This document shows, piece by piece, positions 44,977 through 52,224 of a DNA stretch of 52,224 bases (within the stretch, counting starts at the first letter, position 1; each line of letters begins with the position of its first letter). The DNA is from a virus. Its lineage: Duplodnaviria; Caudoviricetes. The position numbers and the translations under genes were made by a program. Under the pieces are notes generated by a model that was not told where the DNA came from, searched no databases, and worked only from the letters and a program-made list of their open reading frames with translations. The stretch lies in IMG/VR virus record IMGVR_UViG_3300025674_000061, positions 1-52,224 of that record. The stretch is one strand, 5' to 3'.

Positions 44977-47254
44977 AGTCTTCTTCCTCCTGGGTTTCGA
45001 TATCGGATACTAATTGCTCTAGGGATAACTTCTTTTCGTCTAACTCATCATTCTTCATATCGTGGGTGTTCTGGTAATAAGAGGTCTTCCAACCATACTT
45101 GTAAGTATTCAGAAAATCATTTGCCATCACAGTAACTGGCACTTCATTGTCTGGATAGTTCTCTGGATTATAACTCCAGTTGCCAGAGATTGCCTGGTCA
45201 AAGAACTTTTGCATAACAGCAACAATCTTTATATATCCTTCATTAGATTTCATGTCCCAGAGCAAAGTATAATTGTTCTTCAGAGATTGATACTGTGGAA
45301 CAATCTGCTTAAGAGGCCCTTTCTTTGACTTCTTAATGGACAAGTAATCTCTGGGAGGTTCGATTCCGTTGGTTTCGTTTGACACAACGGAACTACTCTC
45401 CGATGGCATTTGTGCGGACAGTGTTGAGTGTCTGAGACCATGTTCTTTGATATCTGCGCGAAGACTATCCCAATCATAATGGAGTTCCTCAGAAGTAATC
45501 TCGTCTACGTCCTTCTTGTATGTATCAATAGGGAGAATACCATCAGAATACTTTGTACCGCTGAACTGAACACAACGTCCTTTCTCTTTTGCAAGTTGAT
45601 TAGATGCTTTCAGAAGATTATATTGGAAAGACTCTGTGAGTCTATGTACAGCGTCCCAGGCGTCCTGTGAGTCGTACTTCCACCCATTCTTAGCCAAGTA
45701 GTGTGCAAGACCAATATAACCGATTCCAAGGGATCTACGACCCAGCGTGGCTAACTCAGCAGCGTTAACAGGATAGTTTTGATAATCGATCAGTTCTTCA
45801 AGTCCACGAACAGCAAGGTCACAAAGGTTCTCCAGTTCATCAAGATCACGGAGTTTGCCGATGTTGATAGCAGAGAGAATGCAGAGAGCAATCTCACCAT
45901 CAATAGCATCAATATGATTAAGTGGTTCTGTGGGAAGGGTGATTTCCTGACACAGGTTACTCATGTTCACCTTGTCCTTAAAGGACGAGTGAGAGTTACA
46001 GTGGTCAATGTTCATGATATAGATTCGACCAGTCTCTGCTCTCTCCTTCAGAAGGTCCAGAATGAGTCCTTGAGCACGGACAGTCTTTCTTGGAACACGG
46101 ACATCTCGTTCATAATCCACATATAAATCGTCAAATCTATCAGTACCAAAAGCATCATACAGACCTGGCACATCGTGAGGGCTGAAGAGGGAGATCTCCC
46201 CATCTTGGATGAATCGTTCATAGAACAATTTGCTGATTTGAATACTGTAGTCTAAACGACGAACACGATTATCTTCGGTTCCTTTATTGTTCTTTAAGAC
46301 TAGGATGTCTTCGATCTCTTGGTGCCAGATAGGAAAGTGGACAGTAGCTGACCCACCTCGGATGCCGTTTTGTGTGCAGCATCGGACAGTTGACTCAAAC
46401 TTTTTGAGGAAGGGGACCACACCTGTGTGTTGAACCTCTCCGCCTCTGATCTTACTGTTGATGCCACGGATGCGGCCTGCGTTGATGCCGATTCCCGCCC
46501 TTTGTGCAACGTAGCGGCCAATTGCCATATCAGAGCTAAAGATAGAATCGAGGGTGTCATCAACATCAACAAGAACACAGCTAGCAAATTGTCGAAGTGG
46601 AGTTCGCACTCCCGCCATGATAGGTGTGGGAATGTTGATTTTGTGCTTTGAGATTGCGTTGTAGTATCGTCTGACATAATCGAGTCTGTTTTCTTGAGGA
46701 TACTCAGCAAAGATTGTCATTGCAATCAATGCGTACATAAACTGTGGTACTTCGTAAACTTGATTGCTGCTACGATCTTGGACTAGATACTTATCTACTA
46801 CTTGACGAAGACCAGCATAAGTGAACAGAAGGTCACGATCATGATCAATAAAGCTATTTACCTTTTCAATTTCTTCTTCGGTGTACTTCCGTAGAATATC
46901 TGCATCATAGATTTTCTTATCAACACCATTCTTGATCTGAGTCAATAGATCAGGAAGATCAATCATTCCACCATATAGACTCTTCCTAAGAGAGAAAAGA
47001 AGAAGTCGTGCAGCAACGAACTGATAATTAGGATGATCCAAATCAATTAGATCACTAGCACTACGGATAAGAATCTCTTGGATCTCTGCCGTGGTAATAC
47101 CATCGTAAAACTGAATGCCAGAATTAATCTCTACTTGGGACGCAGAGACTCCTGCTAATCCACTACATGCTGCATCAACCATTTTATGCAGCTTATCCAA
47201 ATCAAGAGACTCAACTGAACCACTTCTCTTGATTACTTTGATACCATTGCTCAT
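44957..47254 (-). CDS. nrdA: Class I ribonucleotide reductase alpha subunit
   Basis: ATP cone, QFASC, SNLCQE, KTSYY, C-terminal CESC; no intein. Confidence 0.98.
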   Translation of the reverse strand: MSNGIKVIKRSGSVESLDLDKLHKMVDAACSGLAGVSASQVEINSGIQFYDGITTAEIQEILIRSASDLIDLDHPNYQFVAARLLLFSLRKSLYGGMIDLPDLLTQIKNGVDKKIYDADILRKYTEEEIEKVNSFIDHDRDLLFTYAGLRQVVDKYLVQDRSSNQVYEVPQFMYALIAMTIFAEYPQENRLDYVRRYYNAISKHKINIPTPIMAGVRTPLRQFASCVLVDVDDTLDSIFSSDMAIGRYVAQRAGIGINAGRIRGINSKIRGGEVQHTGVVPFLKKFESTVRCCTQNGIRGGSATVHFPIWHQEIEDILVLKNNKGTEDNRVRRLDYSIQISKLFYERFIQDGEISLFSPHDVPGLYDAFGTDRFDDLYVDYERDVRVPRKTVRAQGLILDLLKERAETGRIYIMNIDHCNSHSSFKDKVNMSNLCQEITLPTEPLNHIDAIDGEIALCILSAINIGKLRDLDELENLCDLAVRGLEELIDYQNYPVNAAELATLGRRSLGIGYIGLAHYLAKNGWKYDSQDAWDAVHRLTESFQYNLLKASNQLAKEKGRCVQFSGTKYSDGILPIDTYKKDVDEITSEELHYDWDSLRADIKEHGLRHSTLSAQMPSESSSVVSNETNGIEPPRDYLSIKKSKKGPLKQIVPQYQSLKNNYTLLWDMKSNEGYIKIVAVMQKFFDQAISGNWSYNPENYPDNEVPVTVMANDFLNTYKYGWKTSYYQNTHDMKNDELDEKKLSLEQLVSDIETQEEEDCESCKI

Positions 47255-48249
47255 ACTCGTTTCCAGTTTTGTAATTTTAGTTTAGCTTCTAGTCCGCTGT
47301 AGATGTTAGATTCTACCAGATTTTGAACTTCAAGTCCAGATAAAACCATGTCATTTAAGTCCTTCTCCTGAATTTCTTTTGGCCATATCACTACCTTATT
47401 TCCGTACTCGGCGGTCTTAGTAATCTTCTCAACGATCTGTCTGTTTCTTGGTTCGTTGTCGTAGACGAATACAAACTCACAATCCATAAAGCGCAAGTCA
47501 ACATCGCTACCACACATAGCGATAGAGTTCCCAATGAAATAGGAGTCGAAGGGTCCTTCTGTGACATAAACAAGATTCTCACGATTAATTTTGTCGAGAC
47601 CAAAGACCTTGGGAGCATCGTCCTCAAGCATGATCGTAATATATTTAATTTTTGATTTGGGTACTAATGACCTACCTTGGTATCCAATTAAGCGTCCCTC
47701 AAACCTAAGGGGAATGATAATGCGCGGTTCGTCTTTTGTGACATTATCGAAGGTCTCCTTGTGTTGGTTTGTCCACTCTTTAAAACGTTCGACGTAGTAC
47801 AGATCTTCCAGTGCCTGACTGGGAAGTTGTCTACCCTGTTCTAGGTAAATTCGAGCGGGATGTTCTTTATTTAGGTTTGAGATTTTCTCCAGAGAGGACA
47901 AAATATCCTTCGGTTTGAAGGTTGGTTTTTGGAACTTGAAGTCGGGTTTGGGGGTGTTTGATTTGCGTCCTACAGCACCCCTCTTATACCGCTCCATGAC
48001 GTACTGATCATGTACGATAGGGTCTTGATCCTTCAGGAAGTTTGTGAGGGTTTTGGTGACCCCACAGTTATGACATTTAAAATTATAATCATTTTTTACG
48101 AGATACAAGTATCCCCTCGCCTTGTTCTTATGCTTCTGCGAGTCTCCACAATAAGGGCATCGGAAGTTGTATAGTCCGTTTTTCTTCCTTGCAAACTTTT
48201 GTAGCCGTGACGAGACTAAACCGATATACTTGTCGTCAACGAATACCAT
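47251..48249 (-). CDS. gp61: T4 gp61-like DNA primase
   Basis: RCPYCGDS...CHNC zinc finger; EGPFDS; YDNEPRN; KDLND. Confidence 0.95.
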   Translation of the reverse strand: MVFVDDKYIGLVSSRLQKFARKKNGLYNFRCPYCGDSQKHKNKARGYLYLVKNDYNFKCHNCGVTKTLTNFLKDQDPIVHDQYVMERYKRGAVGRKSNTPKPDFKFQKPTFKPKDILSSLEKISNLNKEHPARIYLEQGRQLPSQALEDLYYVERFKEWTNQHKETFDNVTKDEPRIIIPLRFEGRLIGYQGRSLVPKSKIKYITIMLEDDAPKVFGLDKINRENLVYVTEGPFDSYFIGNSIAMCGSDVDLRFMDCEFVFVYDNEPRNRQIVEKITKTAEYGNKVVIWPKEIQEKDLNDMVLSGLEVQNLVESNIYSGLEAKLKLQNWKRV

Positions 48250-48673
48250 CTACCAGAGCACTTTGAGGTGGCTCTATGATACCTGAATTTGCGGGCAGTG
48301 TCAACAACGCACCGAAAATATCTGCACCCTTAATGATGAAGACTGCAGCAACACCAATGCCTACAGCCATCCATCTAAATTTGTATAGATCATCAATCTT
48401 CTTTTCCATCTGTTCGAATCTCTCTGAGAATCTTTCGAACATTTTTTCATCATATCTCTGATGATCATTGATCATTTTGATGATAGCAGCGTTGGCTTTG
48501 TCACCCTCGTCTAATCTATTCTCGTGACGCTCCAGGATGACAGCAACCTTGTTACTGTTTTCTGAGATTGTTCCGACGGCTCTTTCGAGTTTGTCGAGCA
48601 TTTCTTTTGACAGGTCTTCATAAATATCGAGCTTGCTTTCAAGGACCGCTAATTTACCAAGACCGAATGCCAT
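48236..48673 (-). CDS. Coiled-coil protein with a C-terminal TM segment
   Basis: ORF track; adjacent to the primase gene. Confidence 0.75.
   Translation of the reverse strand: MAFGLGKLAVLESKLDIYEDLSKEMLDKLERAVGTISENSNKVAVILERHENRLDEGDKANAAIIKMINDHQRYDEKMFERFSERFEQMEKKIDDLYKFRWMAVGIGVAAVFIIKGADIFGALLTLPANSGIIEPPQSALVDGIR
48276..48304 (-). promoter_or_regulatory. Sigma70-type promoter for primase/nrdAB
   Basis: TTGACA-17-TATCAT. Confidence 0.75.
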
Positions 48674-48847
48674 TTATCCGTCCTTTAGTTCTTTTACTTT
48701 TTTAAGTTTCCTTGGTTTCTTCATTACCTTATCATATCCAGCAACAGGACCTTCCGCAGGAGCGGATGCAGTAAATCCACCAGTCCCAGCAGACATCATT
48801 TCTCTGATGACTCTCCTAACATTAGATAAAATTCTATCGTTATTCAT
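48674..48847 (-). CDS. Small hypothetical protein
   Basis: Trimmed to MNNDRIL...GPVAGYD. Confidence 0.65.
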   Translation of the reverse strand: MNNDRILSNVRRVIREMMSAGTGGFTASAPAEGPVAGYDKVMKKPRKLKKVKELKDG

Positions 48848-49215
48848 AGTTGATTTAAACAAGATAAACAATTATCATCCATCGGGACATCATGAATATG
48901 CGATTTTGGATATTCAGGAAATCTCCCAAGATATACAATAAATGTTTTTACCACAGGCCACAGGTCTTTGTCAATCTTATAGAACAACAAAGGTGTAGCG
49001 GCTTCACCAAACACATTATATAAAATAATAAAATGATTAATGAGAAGATGGGCTTTTAAAACGCCAGTAGTTTTATAGCGTTTTAAAAGCCTCTTAATCC
49101 ATTTGAATCGTTTGAGATCTTCCTCAAAGTCTTCCTTTGTTACTGCGTGTGGATTCTCATAATGTTTAATTGCAAAGATAACATAGTTATTATCATTCAA
49201 CTCAGTAAACTTCAT
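48844..49215 (-). CDS. Conserved T4-like phage hypothetical protein
   Basis: FAIKHYENP...DLKRFKWIKRL...NHFIILYNVFG. Confidence 0.8.
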   Translation of the reverse strand: MKFTELNDNNYVIFAIKHYENPHAVTKEDFEEDLKRFKWIKRLLKRYKTTGVLKAHLLINHFIILYNVFGEAATPLLFYKIDKDLWPVVKTFIVYLGRFPEYPKSHIHDVPMDDNCLSCLNQL

Positions 49216-49243
49216 ACATCATTACTTGTCTGTACTATGTATA

Positions 49244-49741
49244 TCAGCTATCTGCGAGGACAGAATCGTCGTTAGCATCAGAAGTGATACTAGATCCAGC
49301 GACAAATACTTCAGTCTTTGTTCTTGTGTTTCCGTGTTGATCAACGTATGTGGTAATTCCTACCCAACCAGCATGTGCAACCTCATAGATTCCACCACGA
49401 GCAGCGGCAGTTTCAGCTACATCTGCACCATAAACTTCATTACCTGCCCAGTTTTGATCCTTGACAAGGTACTTAGGAGATTCACTGATATTGAAGGCCT
49501 GAGTGATTCCACTTGTAGAAACTCCACTTAGTCCTGCAGGACTATCAAGAGTTAGTTGAGTATCCGAATCAATCGACTTAATAACACCAGCACCATAGGC
49601 ACCCATGGTGATAACTTGACCAGCCTCAACAAGCCCCGAAGTGGAGAAAGTTGTGCCAGATCCAGTAACTACACCCTCAGCAGTGATGGTGGTAATGTTA
49701 CCAGTCGCGTATACGGTATCTTTATTTCCCCAAAGAGACAT
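49244..49741 (-). CDS. Late (probably structural) protein
   Basis: MSLWG...HAGWV...R.KTEV; TATAAATA at 49778-49785. Confidence 0.75.
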   Translation of the reverse strand: MSLWGNKDTVYATGNITTITAEGVVTGSGTTFSTSGLVEAGQVITMGAYGAGVIKSIDSDTQLTLDSPAGLSGVSTSGITQAFNISESPKYLVKDQNWAGNEVYGADVAETAAARGGIYEVAHAGWVGITTYVDQHGNTRTKTEVFVAGSSITSDANDDSVLADS

Positions 49742-49777
49742 GGGCTATTACTCCAATGTTTGACTATGATCTAGATT

Positions 49778-49807
49778 TATTTATAAAAACAGGGGACTTG
49801 CGTCCCC
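49778..49807 (-). terminator. Terminator immediately followed by a late promoter
   Basis: GGGGAC-GCAA-GTCCCC-TGTTTT, then TATAAATA. Confidence 0.75.
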
Positions 49808-49816
49808 CATCTAAGA

Positions 49817-50044
49817 TTATTCAGATACTTCCTCTTCTTCTCTTGCGAGAATTGCCTTCTCAACTACTTCTAGTAGTTGATCATCCATATCGGTCTTGGT
49901 CAGTTTAACTGCTTTTTTTAGAATGACTAGACAAATTTCAACTAGTTTCTCACCTAGTTCTTCGTTGTCGGGAATCTTTGTAACAGCATCAGAGATAATT
50001 TTTGATGCCAGTGGGAGTAGAAATGATAACATGATATTTTGCAA
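49817..50044 (-). CDS. Conserved hypothetical protein
   Basis: ORF track. Confidence 0.75.
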   Translation of the reverse strand: MQNIMLSFLLPLASKIISDAVTKIPDNEELGEKLVEICLVILKKAVKLTKTDMDDQLLEVVEKAILAREEEEVSE

Positions 50045-50108
50045 TAATGAGCATCCTATTTAGTCTTGATAATCATCTCCTAAGTATTTCTTTAGATACT
50101 CTTTTTCC

Positions 50109-50300
50109 CTAATCCCATTGATCCTCTTCATCAATGTCTGCATATGCCTCCGCCACATACGGTCCATGTGGTACTTTTGATTCTCGTTCGACATACTTTT
50201 CCTCCGTGTATACTCCAGAGAGCCATACTGCTACCTTCATTATAACGAATATTACCGCAAGTGGTAGAAAACACAGAGAAATAATTAGTGCATTGTGCAT
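50109..50300 (-). CDS. Small membrane protein
   Basis: One TM segment; coupled to its neighbour. Confidence 0.65.
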   Translation of the reverse strand: MHNALIISLCFLPLAVIFVIMKVAVWLSGVYTEEKYVERESKVPHGPYVAEAYADIDEEDQWD

Positions 50301-50758
50301 TAAGTTAACGTGCCATGAGCACGACGAATTTCGCGTAACTCTTCAAAGTCCTTCTGCTTAGTACCACCATCGTATGCCCAGGCATATCCTTCGGTGATCA
50401 TTTGCTCGTTGAGGGAGAGTTCTGCGTCTCCAATATAGAGCCACCCGAGAAGACGCCCATACTTGCCCATACCGCCAACAAGCTCAGTGCGGATAATGAG
50501 ATCATCGTCGCCAGAGATAGCACCTTCAAGTTTCTCCTCAAGCCAGTGGGTGGCATCGTAACCCAATGCTTTTTCTTCATCATCTCTAGTTCTCTTCTCA
50601 GGAGTGTCAACTCCTGCTACTCTAACACGTTCTTTTTTATATAAATCAAAACCCAAGTCAATAGTGACATCTATAGTGTCACCATCAAGGACTCTGTTGA
50701 TTTCCACTACTCGGAAGTTGTAACAACTCTTCCGACTCGGGGGTGTCATTGCTCCCAT
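50300..50758 (-). CDS. Thermonuclease (SNase-like) family nuclease
   Basis: DGDTIDV, RVAGVDTPE, KYGRLL. Confidence 0.9.
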   Translation of the reverse strand: MGAMTPPSRKSCYNFRVVEINRVLDGDTIDVTIDLGFDLYKKERVRVAGVDTPEKRTRDDEEKALGYDATHWLEEKLEGAISGDDDLIIRTELVGGMGKYGRLLGWLYIGDAELSLNEQMITEGYAWAYDGGTKQKDFEELREIRRAHGTLT

Positions 50759-50972
50759 GATTACTCTCCTTTCTATGGAATGCTTCAGGTTCAGTATTAT
50801 GTATCCAAGTTTTTAACCTTGAAACATATAACCTAAGTAAATCTGCTTGATTTAAATGAAATGAATCTTGAGTTTTAAAATAAAGTTCATTGTGGAGATC
50901 TATGCCGTCCAGGCACTTCTTTATGATAGGGTTCCACGGTTCCCTAAAAGAAGTATTCCATTCGCGTGGCAT
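50685..50972 (-). CDS. Hypothetical protein
   Basis: MPREWNT.FREPWNP; overlaps the nuclease start. Confidence 0.7.
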   Translation of the reverse strand: MPREWNTSFREPWNPIIKKCLDGIDLHNELYFKTQDSFHLNQADLLRLYVSRLKTWIHNTEPEAFHRKESNHGSNDTPESEELLQLPSSGNQQSP

Positions 50973-50975
50973 ATA

Positions 50976-51074
50976 TTATTTCTTCTTACCACCGTTTTTT
51001 GCTTTCTTAGCAGTCGCGTTCCCTTGATTCTGCTTCGATTGACCCTTCTTGCCCTTGTTCGCGGACTTGGCCAT
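50976..51074 (-). CDS. 32-aa highly basic peptide
   Basis: Manual translation MAKSANKGKKGQSKQNQGNATAKKAKNGGKKK. Confidence 0.6.
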   Translation of the reverse strand: MAKSANKGKKGQSKQNQGNATAKKAKNGGKKK

Positions 51075-51195
51075 CTTCTTCTAGTTCCTTAAATGATAGG
51101 CGTAGAATATATATAACGCAATATAGCGTAAATGCTAATCCACAACAGAGAAGTATAATTACAGACCAGACAGGAGAAGTAACGTTATAATCCAC
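51007..51195 (-). CDS. Small membrane protein
   Basis: PVWSVIILL...IYILRL; start probably the GTG at 51195. Confidence 0.55.
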   Translation of the reverse strand: MDYNVTSPVWSVIILLCCGLAFTLYCVIYILRLSFKELEEDGQVREQGQEGSIEAESRERDC

Positions 51196-51196
51196 T

Positions 51197-51448
51197 TCAA
51201 TTGGTGTAGGCAATCTTAGCGGCTTTAATACCTGCACCACCCTCTAATGTATCGGATGGATCTTTCTCGGTTAGAACTGACTCATTTGCCCCAATGGTGA
51301 AACTCCCAAGTGTATCACCACCAGAATTCTTTCTAGTAACAACTGTTGCAGATCCAGTGTTGTGTAGTCTAACTACCGTTGCACTGCTAACGTTCGTAGC
51401 AGAAGTTAAATCAGTCTCAGCTGCTAAAACTTTAATGAGGGATGCCAT
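51197..51448 (-). CDS. Small late protein
   Basis: ORF track; AATAAATA at 51474-51481. Confidence 0.75.
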   Translation of the reverse strand: MASLIKVLAAETDLTSATNVSSATVVRLHNTGSATVVTRKNSGGDTLGSFTIGANESVLTEKDPSDTLEGGAGIKAAKIAYTN

Positions 51449-51472
51449 GAGATAATACTAGTTCTTTACGAA

Positions 51473-51700
51473 TTATTTATTCGTATCCTCTTCCATTGGC
51501 TTGAGACTAGTCAATCTCTGTTCCCAAGTATCACCACCTTCCTGTCCTACGCATGGATTGATACAAGTGTTATCACCAAGGCGATTACACACCAAGCCAG
51601 CAAGATCCAACTCATTTCCTAACTTCCCCGTTCCTGACCAGTAGTGTTGTCCGTTAATCCAAGTAGCACCACATTTAGGACATGTTTTTGTATCAGACAT
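51473..51700 (-). CDS. Small Cys-rich hypothetical protein
   Basis: CPKCGA.WING.HYWSGT...DLAGLVCN...CINP. Confidence 0.75.
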   Translation of the reverse strand: MSDTKTCPKCGATWINGQHYWSGTGKLGNELDLAGLVCNRLGDNTCINPCVGQEGGDTWEQRLTSLKPMEEDTNK

Positions 51701-51893
51701 CGAAGTCGCTCCAATTCTTTGGTGGTAGGTTTAACTCCCTTTCTAACTTCCTCTTCATATGATACATTCTAACTTTCACATAAGCATACTTTACTTGAAG
51801 CTCAGCGAAGTTAACGAGACGCATGGTCTCTTCCCATCCCGCATAAGCAACAAGAATAAGAAGAAAAGCGACTAGAATGTAAAATACGTACAT
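51693..51893 (-). CDS. Small membrane protein
   Basis: Trimmed to MYVFYILV. Confidence 0.65.
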   Translation of the reverse strand: MYVFYILVAFLLILVAYAGWEETMRLVNFAELQVKYAYVKVRMYHMKRKLERELNLPPKNWSDFDV

Positions 51894-52047
51894 ATCTAAA
51901 AGTATCAACCTGTTACCATTATACTCTTATTTAGATTTTATAGTGTAAATTTATGTAACAATATCAGGATTTGCTCGTAAAAATACCTGATTTGTGTTAT
52001 AAATTCTCCTTATTTTAACTATTACTTAAGTGTTGCGAAACAATAGT

Positions 52048-52224
52048 TTACCTTTGTTCAATCCAGTTAAGTACCGCAAGTGCTGACTTGTTAGTGTTGG
52101 GAGCTGCACAAGCAAGAGTATAAGTATCACTGATTGTACCAATACCAGTTCTTCCAAGTTGTAGTGCTGCTTTATCATCAACATTAACCAGAGAGGCACC
52201 ACCAGCAATCGTAAATCCTGAGAG
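52048..52224 (-). CDS. 3' end of a probable structural protein (runs off the right edge)
   Basis: Open frame LSGFTIAGGASLVNVDDKAALQLGRTGIGTISDTYTLACAAPNTNKSALAVLNWIEQR*. Confidence 0.7.
   Translation of the reverse strand, partial: LSGFTIAGGASLVNVDDKAALQLGRTGIGTISDTYTLACAAPNTNKSALAVLNWIEQR

Noticed and set aside
43783-47254. Inteins or introns in nrdA/nrdB
   Set aside because: Normal lengths and contiguous motifs.
52026-52208. 60-aa ORF at the window end
   Set aside because: It is an alternative frame of the longer gene entering from outside the window (stop at 52048).
1-52224. CRISPR array, IS/transposase, integrase, rRNA, reverse transcriptase/DGR
   Set aside because: No regularly spaced identical repeats and no such protein motifs seen by eye; a dot-plot would be needed to exclude subtle repeats.

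Overview
52-kb segment of a lytic T4-like marine cyanomyovirus (Kyanoviridae-type; the host is probably Synechococcus/Prochlorococcus, by inference). Most genes are on the minus strand. From the left it contains: (1) a photosynthesis/AMG block (partial petE, psbA, flavin-dependent halogenase, two hli, petF, two small outer-membrane beta-barrel-like proteins); (2) a ~11.7-kb tightly coupled nucleotide-sugar/glycosyltransferase operon (GDP-mannose 3,5-epimerase-like, Ugd, three GT11, GT10-like, GT2/7-like, GT25-like, two methyltransferases) with NadE and a C-N hydrolase embedded, headed by a T4 late promoter; (3) an ncRNA/tRNA island (8 tRNAs; manA-, wcaG- and abiF-like RNA elements) interleaved with 2OG-Fe(II) oxygenases, a peroxiredoxin and a lysozyme; (4) virion/tail-fibre genes, including a subtilase carrying a ~315-aa inserted domain; (5) nrdB, nrdA, gp61 primase and small conserved hypotheticals. 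The most striking observation is a manA-like structured RNA whose modules are separated by two whole protein-coding genes. Stop codons, and one RBS/start codon, fall at recurring positions inside the RNA modules. All family and Rfam names come from motif recognition and memory; no searches were run.
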